Source: Sphyrna mokarran
Lineage: Eukaryota
DNA: 64,000 nt
Assembly: GCA_024679065.1 (NCBI GenBank)
Contig: JAGIQG010000040.1
Location: 4,154,001-4,218,000, forward strand
Direction of reading: 5' to 3'
Below the pieces are notes generated by a model. The model searched no databases, had not been told where the DNA came from, and saw only the letters and a list, made by a program, of their open reading frames with translations. Both the position numbers and the translations under genes were made by a program. This document shows positions 26,226-38,490 of the stretch, in pieces. Position 1 is the first letter of the stretch, and each line of letters begins with the position of its first letter.

Positions 26226-26617
26226 ATCCAAATCCGCGAGAACCGATCGTCTCTGTCCTCCTGCCCTCGGCAGAAGAAGTCTCCGCTCAGAGATTCGTCT
26301 CCCTCAGCTGCTCAGTGAGACGTTTCTCCCCCCCAGAGATCTTCGTCAAGTGGACCATCAACGACAAGCCGCTGAATCCCAAGAACTACAGGAACACCGA
26401 GGTGGTGGCGGAGAACGACAATAACTCCTTCTTCATGTACAGCCTCTTATCCATTGCAGCAGAGGAATGGTCCAGCGGCGCTTCTTACTCCTGTGTGGTG
26501 GGACATGAAGCCATCCCCTTGAAGATCATCAACAGAACGGTTGACAAATCCAGCAGTAAACCCAGTTTTGTGAACATTTCTCTTGCACTGATGGACACTG
26601 TTAATTCATGTCAATGA
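26226..26617 (+). CDS. IGHM: IgM C-mu4 exon plus secretory tailpiece ([19 protein letters not shown])
   Basis: Acceptor tctgcag; [11 protein letters not shown]; tailpiece with N-glycan sequon and penultimate Cys. Confidence 0.96.
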
Positions 26618-26644
26618 GAAGCACTCGGTTACATTAAAAACCTC

Positions 26645-26650
26645 AATAAA
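26645..26650 (+). terminator. Poly(A) signal of the secretory mu transcript
   Basis: AATAAA ~28 nt after the stop, with a second one adjacent. Confidence 0.75.
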
Positions 26651-27689
26651 AATAATAAAATCTTTTTCTTCTAACGATAAACGAAATTCCCAATTCCTTA
26701 ATTGATTGTTTTCCAGTTTTTCTTCCTTAGATATCTTTAGTTTGAGTCAGATATTGTCAGGTCTCTGGCCCAAGTCTTGTTGAGCCAGTGCGCCCAGCTC
26801 AGTACACCCAGATACAGTAGACCACATTCATTACAGGATTCTGCAAAATATCTTCACCAACTTTCCTCCCGCTGAGGAGGAATCAGACAATTTCAACAAA
26901 CACAATATTTAGATCTCGGTGTTCCTGCTTCTCTCATTGTCCATGTCTTTATCCATTAATGTCAGCTTTAAGCTGCTGCACCAAACCCACTGGGAACTGA
27001 AGTGAGGGTCACACAGAAACATAGAGCAACAATCCCCCAGTCAGAGAGAGGGAGAGTGAAATTGTTAACATACCGGATTCCCACTCACCCAACAAAGAGA
27101 ATGGAGAAGCAATAGCTAACAAATGCAACACCACTTCCTCAATGAAAATTCCTCAATGAATGTCATTATTTATCCACTGCACCTTCACCTCCTCAGTGGT
27201 TAGAACCATTAGGGACTTTGCTTCACTGGGTAGAGAGAGCTCACTCTCCTCCCTCTCCCCAAGTAACGTGTTTGGAAGGGAGCGGCTCCCTACAATAAGG
27301 ACTCAGTTGTTAACAATACAAATTAACTTCCGGTTTGCTTGCTGCAGATTTGGAAATATCATTATTTTAATCAGTGTAATATATATACTTTTGCAGCATA
27401 ATTTTAAAATATTTCAAAACTCTTGTTCCTGTTAAAGATTTGTTGGCATTGATTTCCCTTAACACAAATTTAAACAGGTGATTAAATCCTCCCCGGTTTT
27501 TACTCTTCTGTCCCTGAGGTTTGTGAGGTGCATGAATGAATGATTTCACTCGTTCTCCTGATACCACCGTGCCACTCACATAAAATAAATTTATACCGCA
27601 AACACTGAAAATATGTTCCCTTATCCGTATAGACTGGATCATGTTCAATTAATGATTACCGATGAAACTTGGAACAACAGTTAAAAAAT

Positions 27690-28114
27690 ACACACACTGA
27701 TAATACTGTACAAAACTGTCACAATTATAAATACACATATAGGCGTTCACACACACACACATTGACACGAATGCACAAATACACGCACAACTACACATAC
27801 TCATACATATGCACACAACAAATACAGAAAGATACACACACAAACTCATGCACATACCCTCCACACACACATACATATACAGAAATATGGGCGCACATTC
27901 AAATACAGACACAGAATCACACTAATGCACATCACACACAATAAAGCATAGATAGGTGCAAATACATATTCACGGACCAGAATATAAGCAGAAACGAACA
28001 CAAACAAGCACGCTCACACAAATAGACTCGTGGACAACGAACAAAGATACACGCATACGCAAATATACACAGGCAAATACACCCATTCACAGGCTCACAC
28101 ATACACATTATCTT

Positions 28115-28157
<43 letters not shown>

Positions 28158-29060
28158 TGTGCACACACCTATATTCGCACATGCACACATCAACACGTAG
28201 GCACAAGAGCAAAAACGTGCACACAAATTATCAAATATGTAAAAACGCACACACATACACGCAGGCAAACACACAAGTATGCACACACCTTTGCAAAAGT
28301 AACTAGGTACACAGACCAGAACATAAACATACATATGCATACACACAATAAAAACAGATACACACGCATTCAGGTCCACACACCTATACAAACACACACA
28401 TACATCCAAACAAATAAATGTTATCACACGTTCACGCTCATAGAAATATAGACAATAGGGACACACAATGTTAGACACATTAACACTCATACAGCGAAAT
28501 ACACATACACATATTAACAGACTCCATAGAGATGAAGATAGCAAAACATTTTCATGCAAATATGTGGATGCAAGCATTCACATGCTCACACTGAACAGAA
28601 CACCATAACACACATTACCAGACCGAAGAGACATCGTAGCACACGTTACTACACGTGGAAACATAAGCATATATTATCACATCGTTATAAATAACTAGCA
28701 ACGCGGATGTACATGCACTAACATGTTGACAGATAAGCAACAAACAGACGGAGGAACAGACACACACAGAAAGGGAAGGAATAATTACACGAGTGACAGA
28801 AATTAACACATTGAAATAGGCAGGAACACGTGCACACGTTAAGAGTGGTATTAATAAATATACAGAGATTTCACACAGTAATAGTCATATATTCACAAAG
28901 TCAGGAGAATAAAATATATATACAGATGCAGACACACAACTGCACAAATCAACAAACACGGGCAAATGAACATGTACATTAACCCCGATACACACATATT
29001 AACTCAGAACCAAAGATTAATGCAGACCATGAGATGCCCATACACACACACACAAACGCA
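27690..29060 (+). repeat. Degenerate (CA)n/(CT)n microsatellite-rich tract
   Basis: Direct inspection. Confidence 0.85.
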
Positions 29061-29625
29061 AATTCGTAAATACAAACGGCAGATAAATGATGAAAGTAAA
29101 ACTTAAAGATGAATTTTAATGAACATATCCACCGACAACTATCCCAATCTACATTGCATCGACAAATACTTTGAGAAACTGAATTAAGCCAGAGATCTAT
29201 TACCATTTCCACCATAAATAAGAAAAGATCATAAACTACATCCCAGCTCTTAAACAACAGCATTCACAGTTTATAGATCAGTCACCATCAACAATCACTG
29301 ATCAGTGAACATCCCTCAATATCAGTCATAACATTCTTCAATAAGGGATGGTGGCAAATAGTTCAGAAATGAACTGACACTCAAAAAACATCTTCAGTGC
29401 TTTCTGACATGGACTGTCCAAGGAATATCAATAAATATCAGGTGTGAAAGTAATTACAGAGATCGGTTACTGAGTGTCCTGAATTTAACAGCAGACAAAC
29501 ATTGAAAATTATACAAGAGAATGAATTAACAGCTTATGAAAGAGAACAAGGAAAAGAAAAATAACAATAAGATTCCCTGGATCAATAAAGTAATCGAATT
29601 TCATTTCTTGGTCTCTGTCCCCTAG

Positions 29626-29753
29626 ACCCCACCGATCGGATCTGGATTGAAGACAATGAGGATGATAACAGCAACATCTGGACAACCGCTTCCACATTCA
29701 TCGTCCTGTTCTTCCTGAGCATTTTCTACAGCACCGCAGTCACTCTGGTGAAG
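29626..29753 (+). CDS. IGHM: IgM TM1 exon ([42 protein letters not shown])
   Basis: Acceptor cccctag; acidic spacer and CART motif WTTASTF...YS; donor AAG|GTGAG; missed by the ORF track. Confidence 0.96.
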
Positions 29754-29892
29754 GTGAGATGATTCAATTCACTCACATTTCAAACTGGCAGAATGGATTT
29801 GAAAATCTCTCCATGTTTCACTGATTAAAAACTCCAATATTACTGTCCTGCATCATAAACATCTCCTTCATTATTGTATCTTTCTTTTACAG

Positions 29893-29901
29893 ATCAAGTG
29901 A
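29893..29901 (+). CDS. IGHM: IgM TM2 exon (IK*)
   Basis: Acceptor ttttacag then ATC AAG TGA; AATAAA at 29986 and 30335. Confidence 0.88.
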   Translation: MK

Positions 29902-31339
29902 TGGGTTGAATTTTGGACGCTACAGATTTCCCTCAGCTGATTACCGAGATCTCTGTATACAATATCTGCTCTTGGTGACTCTATCAATAAAATTCTCTCA
30001 GTTTATCATTCTGAATCTGTAACTGAAGCAATCAAGGACATTATTTCAGGTTTCAGTGTGAAACGTACCGCATTTTTTGTTATAAAGTAATTATGGTTAA
30101 TAGTTACCCCATAGTTTAATTATCATGTATAAATAAGAAACGTTTCTCACTCCTTATTCTTAATTATTCTTTCTTTAAGGTCCTGTTTTCAGTTTCTGAT
30201 GTATGTAACATATGTACAAATATTGACGGATTCCATGTGTGTGTGTTCTGTTCTCAATGTGAAGCTCAATCATTATATTCACTTTTCTAACTTTAAAAGA
30301 TAATGTCGCTATAAAATATTCTCTGAATTTTTAAAATAAATACTGAATGAAAATTTAACCATCTCTGGCTTGGCTTAATTCCGTTTTCCAATACTCACCA
30401 ACTCCGCTCCATTTTCCCTATTCCCGGATTCCCCCCCTTGCCCAGACAAGCATCTTCTCCCAGTCACGGGGGGGATGTGGTTAAACTCAAGGCCGTTCAG
30501 TGAAAGGGTCACTCCGCCACCCAGTAGCCAATCTGTGTAAAGACACCCTCATCTCGGCCTTTTTTAAGATGAAACCCAGGGACTGAATGAGTGAAGAATG
30601 AGGAGAATCTCGGTGATTTCACTCATAAACTGATCTGTCACTGACCGAGTTTCAAATAATTCTAAAAAGCAAGGGCTTTGCTTCATCAGAGGCCGATGCA
30701 GGGTAGTGTGTGGCAGAAGATAGATTCCTTACCCCTTAAAAACACTATCAGGGTCGCTGCAGCCTGGGTTAACAGTGTGAATCTCTCTATATTTTGTCCG
30801 GTGAAATACTTACATGCCACAAGCTAGATAGAGAACATATACAGAGCACAGACGCAAACCATGGGGTGAAACCAAGAGACTGGGGTGTATTTCACATAAG
30901 CACATTCTAGATTATAAATCTTCAAAGTGTTGTGGGATAATTTGAGATGACCAATACTGTCTTTAACTACAGACAAAACTCACGAGGCAGATATCTCAGT
31001 GTAAGGAGGAAACATTTATTTAAAACAAAAACACAAAAAAGCAGCTACTTGGAGATGAGCAAAAGGGTTTATGTAGCTCTGGAACAGAGCGGCAGAACAT
31101 TTCCGATGCATCTAACATCTACCATCAATAACAGATCAATTATAGATCTCGTACCGATCATTTCGGCCTCTTGTTAGTTTAAAAGTCAATTACATTCGGT
31201 TAACACACATCGATAATAATTCCTGACAAGTTGTTCTGCATTTTACAACACAGAACAATGATATCTCAATCGTCTACTTAAACCGGAGGCTGAATCATCT
31301 GTAATCAGTATCTGGGAGAATCAGGAAGATGAGATAGAG

Positions 31340-32040
31340 TCAGAAAGTCACAAAGGTTTACAACATGGAAGCAGGTCTTTCGGCCCAACATGTTCATGCC
31401 GTTCTTTTTTTAATGAGTGAGCTAGTCCCAATTGCCCGCTTTTGGCCCATATTCCTCGATAGCCATCTTTCTCATGTAACTGTCTAAGCGCTTTTTAAAA
31501 GACAAAATCATACTCTCCTCTTACTACTACCTCTGGCAGCTTGTTCCAGACACTCACGGCCCTTTGTGTGAAAAAAAATGTCCATCTGGATCCTTTTGTA
31601 TCACTCCTCTGTCACCTTAAACCTATGCCCTCTAGTATTAGACTGTCCTACAGTTGGGAAAATATATTGACTGTCTAGCTGATCTATGCCTCACATTATT
31701 TTATAGAACTCGATAAGATAACCCCTCAGCCTCTTACGCTCCAGGAAAAAAAAGCCCCAAGTCTATCCAATCACTCCTTATAACTCAAACCATCAAGTCC
31801 CAGGAGCATCCTAATAAATCATTTCTGCACTCTTTCTAGTTTAATAATATCCGTTCTATAATAGGGTGACCAGAACTATACACAGTATGTCAGTGTCTTG
31901 TACAATTCCTGTATTCAGTGTTCTGACCAATGAAACTAAACATGTCGAATGCCTTCTTCACCATCATGTCTACCCGTGACTCCACTTTCAATGAGCTCTG
32001 ACCATCTACCCCTAGATCTCGATGTCTGTAACTTTCCGGA
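31340..32040 (-). mobile_element. CR1-like LINE fragment
   Basis: Reverse-strand CR1 motifs (gaccagaactatacacagta; ccttcttcacca; ctctggcagcttgttccagacactca). Confidence 0.75.
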
Positions 32041-32559
32041 ACGCCCTACCATCTTGGTGCTCTAGTGATCCGTGTTCGGCCCTTGCAGGTTCGCAGGCTG
32101 GTTTCGATATGTTAAAAATTAATCTTTTTGGTAAGCAATCCTGAATTACTTCCTGGCCGGAAGCATCTCAGTCAGCATCAGTGGAGTGAGATTTGTAGTT
32201 TTGCTTCTAAGCTGGAAATGTCACATGGGTAACAGGCTGAGAACAAACACAGACAGTGAAAGGCAGTGATAGGACGCAGACAGTTGCTCGAGAAATTTAA
32301 CCTGAAGCTATGAGGCATCATAAGGACCATTCTATTGCATTCAATTTTGCTGCATCTCATTGCATTCAAAAATCAGTGTTAGTATCAATCTGTGAAGAAC
32401 CATTTTGTGGTAAATCTGATGAACGACATTAACTTATTAGCATCAATGGACCGCGGTTTCCATCCCCAAGTTGAATGACATTATTTTTACACTTTGCTGC
32501 TTTTCTGGAAGAACTCTAGTTCTCCATTCTCCGGTAGTGTCGCCATTACAGTAAATCCC

Positions 32560-33180
32560 ATAGTACTCAGTGAATGGCAGAACCATAAAGAGTATTGATA
32601 GGCAGAGGGATCTGGGTGTACATGTACCAAGGTCACTGGGTGTGGCAACGCAGATGGAGAAAGTAGTCAAGAAGACAAACATCATGCTTGCCTTTATCGG
32701 CCAGGGCACTGATTTTAAAAATTGATAAGTTATGTTGCAGATTTATACTACCTCAGTTCAGCTGTGCTTGGAATATAGTGTTCTATTCTGGTCGTCACAC
32801 TACCAGAAGGATGTGGAAGCTTTGAAGAGGGTACAGAAAAAATTTACCAGGATGTTGCCTGGCATTACCTATGAGACGTTGGAGAAATTTGATTTGTTCT
32901 CATCGGATAGACGGAGGTTGAGGGGTGACCTGATAGAAGTCTACAAGATTATGAAGGGCAAGGACAGAGTGGATAGCCAGAAGCTTTTTTCCCAGGGTGA
33001 AAGAACCAATTAGTAGGGACATAAAGTGCGAGGGGCAAGATTTAAAGGAGATGTATGAGATCTTTTTGGCTCAGAGGGTGGTGGCTGCCTGGAACTTTCT
33101 GTCGGGGGAGGCAATGGAAGCAGAGACGATTTAAGGGGCATCTTGACAACTACATGGATAGGGATTGGAATGGAGGGATA
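32560..33180 (+). mobile_element. CR1-like LINE fragment
   Basis: ORF 32732: LEYSVLFWS...VQKKFTRMLPG...RRRLRGDLIEVYKIM. Confidence 0.85.
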
Positions 33181-33989
33181 TGGTTCCTCTGCCTTTGGTT
33201 TTTAATTCAGACTTTTTATTCACCAAAATCAAGTTTCTCCTTTAAATTGTCATCTTTAGGTCGAACACAAGTGACTGCTTCAGTCAATGACAACAACGAT
33301 TACTGTTCACTGGAACATGAAATCAACAGTGAGCTGAAATCGTCCTGCAAGCTGCTCATGTGGCATTTCCAGTTTCCAAAACCCACCAAATTCATCACTC
33401 TGGCTTCTGTAAAATTTACAAGGTAACACGCAACAGGCATTCATCGCGGACAGTGACTGGCACAAGTCAGTGAGCACTTAATATCTGCTTAATAAACGGG
33501 ACAATCAAGCTTTCCACAAAGGTGAATACATCTGAGATGTATCAACCGGGAATATCTTTTCCGATAACCTCTCAGTTTAAGAGAGCATATATATATTATT
33601 CTGACTTTGCCAACAGGCCTATGGAATTTATTGGATAGATTGTCCAAAGGCCAGCGCAGGCATGCTGAGCTGACTGGTTTCCATCTGTGTGTATCATTCT
33701 GCAAAACAGTGAATCAGGGAGAGACAGAACGAAAGAGGAACCAGTGACTGTGCGACTGAACCCAGTCAGAGACGGCACCATCAGGGGAAGAGGAGAGAGA
33801 GGAGACAGTATAAAAGCTTCTAAATATTTGTGTAGTCCTACAGGAGGACTTTGAGGAATTTCTGCTACAATTTGCGTTTTTTTAAAAAATTAATTTACCG
33901 CAATAGCTAACAATGTTATTTTATATTCACTTTTTGAGGTTACAATGGCACTGTTGTTAACCACCATTCCTTGCGGATGTGAAAGTGCT

Positions 33990-34335
33990 CTATTCACTCT
34001 ACGTGAGCCCAATGCGCAGGCGCGGCGCTGTATCTGGGGCATGCGCAGTGACAGTTTGCTCGGAGTCCTGCGGGTGCGGGAGACGCTTCTTTCGGCGGGT
34101 GAGAGTCGGTGGGGCGGAGGGAGGAATGGAGCCGGGAGCCGGGGTTGGGGAGAGAGCGGAGGCTTCATCAACACCCGCTGTAGGACGCAAGGTCCGAATG
34201 AGAGCCTGCGGGTCCCGGGTTTGCGGCTCCGGGGATTTTATCCGGGATCCGGCCCAGGGCCGCGGCCGCCATCTTTGTTCAGCGGGAGGGGGGCAGAGCG
34301 CATGCGCGGCCAGTGGGCGGGGCTACAGGGTTTGG
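33990..34335. promoter_or_regulatory. CpG-island promoter (NRF1, YY1, GC-box motifs), probably for the ZNF gene at 36604
   Basis: High CpG density; GCGCATGCGC 34298; CCGCCATCTT 34266; GGGCGGGG. Confidence 0.7.
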
Positions 34336-34349
34336 GTGACGTGGAGAGA

Positions 34350-34950
34350 GAATGTTTGAGTCATTGACTGACAGGGAGGGTTAATGGATACTCCCTTTCC
34401 CCAGGGGGGAAGGTGCTGCAGGGGGAATGTTTGAGTCATTGACTGACAGGGAGGGTTAATGGATCCTCCCTTTCCCCAGGGGGGAAGGTGCTGCAGGGGG
34501 AATGTTTGAGTCATTGACTGACAGGGAGGGTTAATGGATACTCCCTTTCCCCAGGGGGGAAGGTGCTGCAGGGGGAATGTTTGAGTCATTGACTGACAGG
34601 GAGGGTTAATGGATACTCCCTTTCCCCAGGGGGGAAGGTGCTGCAGGGGGAATGTTTGAGTCATTGACTGACAGGGAGGGTTAATGGATACTCCCTTTCC
34701 CCAGGGGGGAAGGTGCTGCAGGGGGAATGTTTGAGTCATTGACTGACAGGGAGGGTTAATGGATACTCCCTTTCCCCAGGGGGGAAGGTGCTGCAGGGGG
34801 AATGTTTGAGTCATTGACTGACAGGGAGGGTTAATGGATACTCCCTTTCCCCAGGGGGGAAGGTGCTGCAGGGGGAATGTTTGAGTCATTGACTGACAGG
34901 GAGGGTTAATGGATACTCCCTTTTCTTGGGGAAGGTGCTACAGAGGGTAT
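34350..34950 (+). repeat. 75-bp minisatellite, 8 copies (last degenerate)
   Basis: aatgtttgagtcattgactgacagggagggttaatggatactccctttccccaggggggaaggtgctgcaggggg at 34351+75n. Confidence 0.97.
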
Positions 34951-35994
34951 GTGCGGCCATTCAAATAACAGAATTAAAAACATTATCAGAATTAGGAGCA
35001 GGAGGAGACTATTTGACCCATCAAGGCTGCTCTACCACTCAATAAACTCATGGTTCATTTGCTCAAGAAAATGCTGGAAAATCTCAGGTATGACAGCATC
35101 TGTGGAGACAGAATAGAGCTAAAGTTTTAAGTCTGGATGATCCTTCATCAGAGCTCATGTATTCATTGTCATAACTCAATTTTCCTCCAGCTTCCCTAAC
35201 CCTTAACTCCCTTGTCGGTGAAATGGTGAGAACACAGTCTTAAATATACTCAATGACCAGTCTGTACTGCCCACTGGGGCAGAGAATTCCACGGGCTACT
35301 GGACATCTGAGAGATGCAATTGCTCCTCATTTCTGTCCCTTTTTTTAAACAGCCCCTGCATTTTTTGATTCCCTGTTGAAGGGAAACATCCTTTCAGCAT
35401 TTACCCTGTCAAGCACTCTCAGAATTATAGATGCTTCAGTAAGATCTCCTCTCATTTATCTAAAATCCAATGAGTACAGACACACCTTATCAACCTTTCC
35501 TTAATAAACAAACTCTTTTATGCCAGAAATTATCTTAGCGCATCTTGTCTGAACTGCAACCTATGTCAGCATTTCAATCTAAAATAATCCTGTGCTAGGA
35601 AACAGGAGGACAGGATGTTATGAATTTATATTCTAGATTAACTAATGGATTTTGGAAACTCCTTTTATGGTTAGAAAGGGAGGATTTATACACAGCAATC
35701 TCAAACCAAGAAAAATGTTTATCTCCTAATCTCTAACCACTGTTGACACATGGCTGCTGTAATCTCCTTTCACAGGGAATTAGAAGATTTAAAGACTGCA
35801 GTCGTTCTCTGACTCCAGTGCTCCTGGCATCTTTCCAGCTGAAAACATTCTCAGGAGGAGCAGGTGGTTTTAAATTTGAAAACAGTGAAATTATTCCACA
35901 GGTGAGTATTATTGTGCATTCATCTACAGTTTAAAGTTTTTAGTGCTTTGCTGTGTTGTCTGAGAGAGGTTTCATGGCTCTGGGACTGGTGTGA

Positions 35995-36150
35995 TTCACC
36001 AGTGAGTTCACGCTGGGCAGAGGCTGTTCACCTGCCCTGTGAGTGGGAAGGAATTCAGTCGGTCATCCTCCTGCCGAGACACTAGTGAGTCGACAAGTGG
36101 TTACGGGGGTTGGATTCTGCTGCTAAATCACATTCAGGATTGAACCATGT
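35995..36150 (+). pseudogene. Remnant of a ZNF 3' end (last finger plus family post-stop motif)
   Basis: ccagtgagttcacgctgggcagaggctgttcacctgc...ggttggattctgctgctaaatcacattcagga. Confidence 0.6.
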
Positions 36151-36603
36151 TCGTTCATTGAATCACTGATGCAGACTTGATGGGCTGAAACACTCTGCAC
36201 TGTAGGGGTTCCATGGATTCTTAAAATTCTGTCCGAATTGAACATGATTCCACTATTTCTGATTTCCATACATCTGGAGATGAATTCCACCCTTTTGTGA
36301 GCATTTTGATTGATTTGCTGTCTTGCAATGATGTTCCAATTTCATTATTCACTCTAAGTCAGTGAGGAAAGAGTGTTCCACAGCAATTAGAATTGTCTGT
36401 TTTCAGTTTCTGAGTTGTATTGACAGTGGTGACATTTGTAACCTCTTTTTACAGGATATTAAAAGGGGAGGATTTGCCATGAGAAATCTCAAACAAAATT
36501 TCACATCAAACTTTGACAGAATCACTTGTTAGGACGGGAAAAATCATCGCCCATTTTATCATCAGTGTGACTGGAAAAGCACCGAGACGCAGAAACCCAC
36601 ACC

Positions 36604-37536
36604 ATGGGAAAACCGTGGAAATGTGGGGATTGTGGAAAGGGATTCAGATCCCCATCTGAGCTGGAAACACATCGACGTAGTCACACTGGGGAGAGGCCAT
36701 TCACCTGCTGTCAGTGTGGGAAGAGATTTACTAATTCATCCGACCTGCTTACACACCAGCGAGTTCACACTGGGGAGAGGCCGTTCATCTGCGCTGATTG
36801 TGGGAAGAAATTTAGTATTTCATCCAACCTAATGAGACACCGTCGAGTTCACTCTGGGGAGAGACCGTTCATCTGTTCAGTGTGTGGGAAAAGGTGCAGA
36901 GATTCGTCCACCCTGCTGGCACACCAGCAAGTTCACACCGAGGAGAGGCTGTTCACTTGTTCTGAGTGTGGGAAGGGATTCACTCGGTTATCCAGTCTGC
37001 AGAGACACCATCGCGTTCACACTGGGGAGAGACCATTCACCTGCTCAGAGTGTGGGAAAGGATTCAGGGATTCATCTGATCTGCTGGCACATCAGCGAGT
37101 TCACACTGGGGAGAGGCCATTCATCTGCTCTGTGTGTGGGAAAGGATTCGGAGATTCCTCCACCCTGCTGACACATCAGCGAGTTCACACTGGGGAGAGG
37201 CCATTCACCTGCTCCAATTGTGGAAAGGGATTCTCTCAGTTAGCCAACCTGCTGAGACACCAGCAAATTCACAGCGGGGAGAGGGAGAGGCCTTTTACCT
37301 GCTCAGAGTGTGAGAAGGGATTCAGTGATTTATCTACCCTGCTGACACATCAGCGAGTTCACACCGGGGAGAAGCCATTTACCTGCTCCATGTGTGGAAA
37401 AAGATTCAATCGGTCATCCAACCTGCTGACACACCAGCGAGTTCACACTGGGGAGAGACCATTTACCTGCTCTGACTGTGGGAAGAGATTCACTCAGTCA
37501 TCCCACCTGCTGAGACACCAGCGGGTTCACAAGTGA
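36604..37536 (+). CDS. C2H2 zinc-finger protein, 11 fingers
   Basis: Tandem CxxC..HxxxH with TGERPF linkers; Kozak accATGg; upstream acceptor tttttacag ~36454. Confidence 0.9.
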   Translation: MGKPWKCGDCGKGFRSPSELETHRRSHTGERPFTCCQCGKRFTNSSDLLTHQRVHTGERPFICADCGKKFSISSNLMRHRRVHSGERPFICSVCGKRCRDSSTLLAHQQVHTEERLFTCSECGKGFTRLSSLQRHHRVHTGERPFTCSECGKGFRDSSDLLAHQRVHTGERPFICSVCGKGFGDSSTLLTHQRVHTGERPFTCSNCGKGFSQLANLLRHQQIHSGERERPFTCSECEKGFSDLSTLLTHQRVHTGEKPFTCSMCGKRFNRSSNLLTHQRVHTGERPFTCSDCGKRFTQSSHLLRHQRVHK

Positions 37537-38299
37537 TGACAGTGGTTGGATTTGGCTGTTAATCATATCCAGGACTGAAGTATTTTCATTCTAACAGTTG
37601 GTGAAGTGGGAGAGTCAGAGGGTTTCTTACTGTTGGACTGGCCAGTCTCTCAATTTTCATTCCAGTGGCTGATTCCCTTTGAGCGAGGGCACACTCCCAC
37701 TGAAATGATCCACAAAAGCAGATGTCAGATGAGACTGAGATGAAAAAATTCTTAACTCAAAGGGTAGTAAACTTTTGGAATTTTCTACCACAGAAGGCTG
37801 TGGAATCCAAGTCACTGAATATGTTCAAGGAAGAGATAGATTTTTTTTTACATTTTAACGGCTTCAAGCAGTATGGGGAAAATATGGCATTGAGATAGAG
37901 GATCAGCCATGATCATATTGAATGGTGGAGAAGACTCAAATGGCCTGATCCTAGTTTCTATATTATACATTAATATTATTCTGGATAGTAAACAGTTTTT
38001 TTCCTACACTACAGGTCCCTTGTCCCTTTATCCCTCCTCATTCAGAGGTTAGCTGCACTCTGAACAGTCTTTCTTCACTGATTTCTCAGCTGCTCTCATT
38101 GCCTGTCCCATCGAGAGGCCACTCCACATTCTGATATTATCTATTTCTGCCATCTTGGGTCTTCCTTGTACACGTTTTCCAGGTGTTTGTCTCACATTGG
38201 TCAATAAAACTGCTTTTCACCGGGATGCTGTGTTACAAGTCTTTGTATTAGCTAAAATTTTAGCAATACTTCATCTCTGAAAGAAACCCTGTAACAACC

Positions 38300-38490
38300 C
38301 TGAACATCACTGGCCTTTGAATGTGGAAGGAACAGTGTTATGTTTATTCTGTCCACAGGAAAAGATTTCAGATATAATTGTGACTGGAAAAGCACCAAGA
38401 CACACACACACCCTAGTGAGAGTGTTCCAGTGAACTGAGTGTGGAGATTTTAACCAGTTACACAGCCTGAAAATACATCACACTATAAGG
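38300..38490 (+). pseudogene. Remnant of a ZNF exon 5' part
   Basis: gtgactggaaaagcaccaagacacacac...ttacacagcctgaaa matches 44500-44660. Confidence 0.55.

Noticed and set aside
23046-26617. IgW, IgNAR or germline-joined IgM1gj identity
   Set aside because: Four C exons including C-mu2, a mu tailpiece, a conventional VH and unjoined V/D/D/J indicate ordinary IgM
34323-34889. 25-aa repeat protein or CRISPR-like array
   Set aside because: Head-to-tail 75-bp minisatellite with no unique spacers, in a vertebrate context
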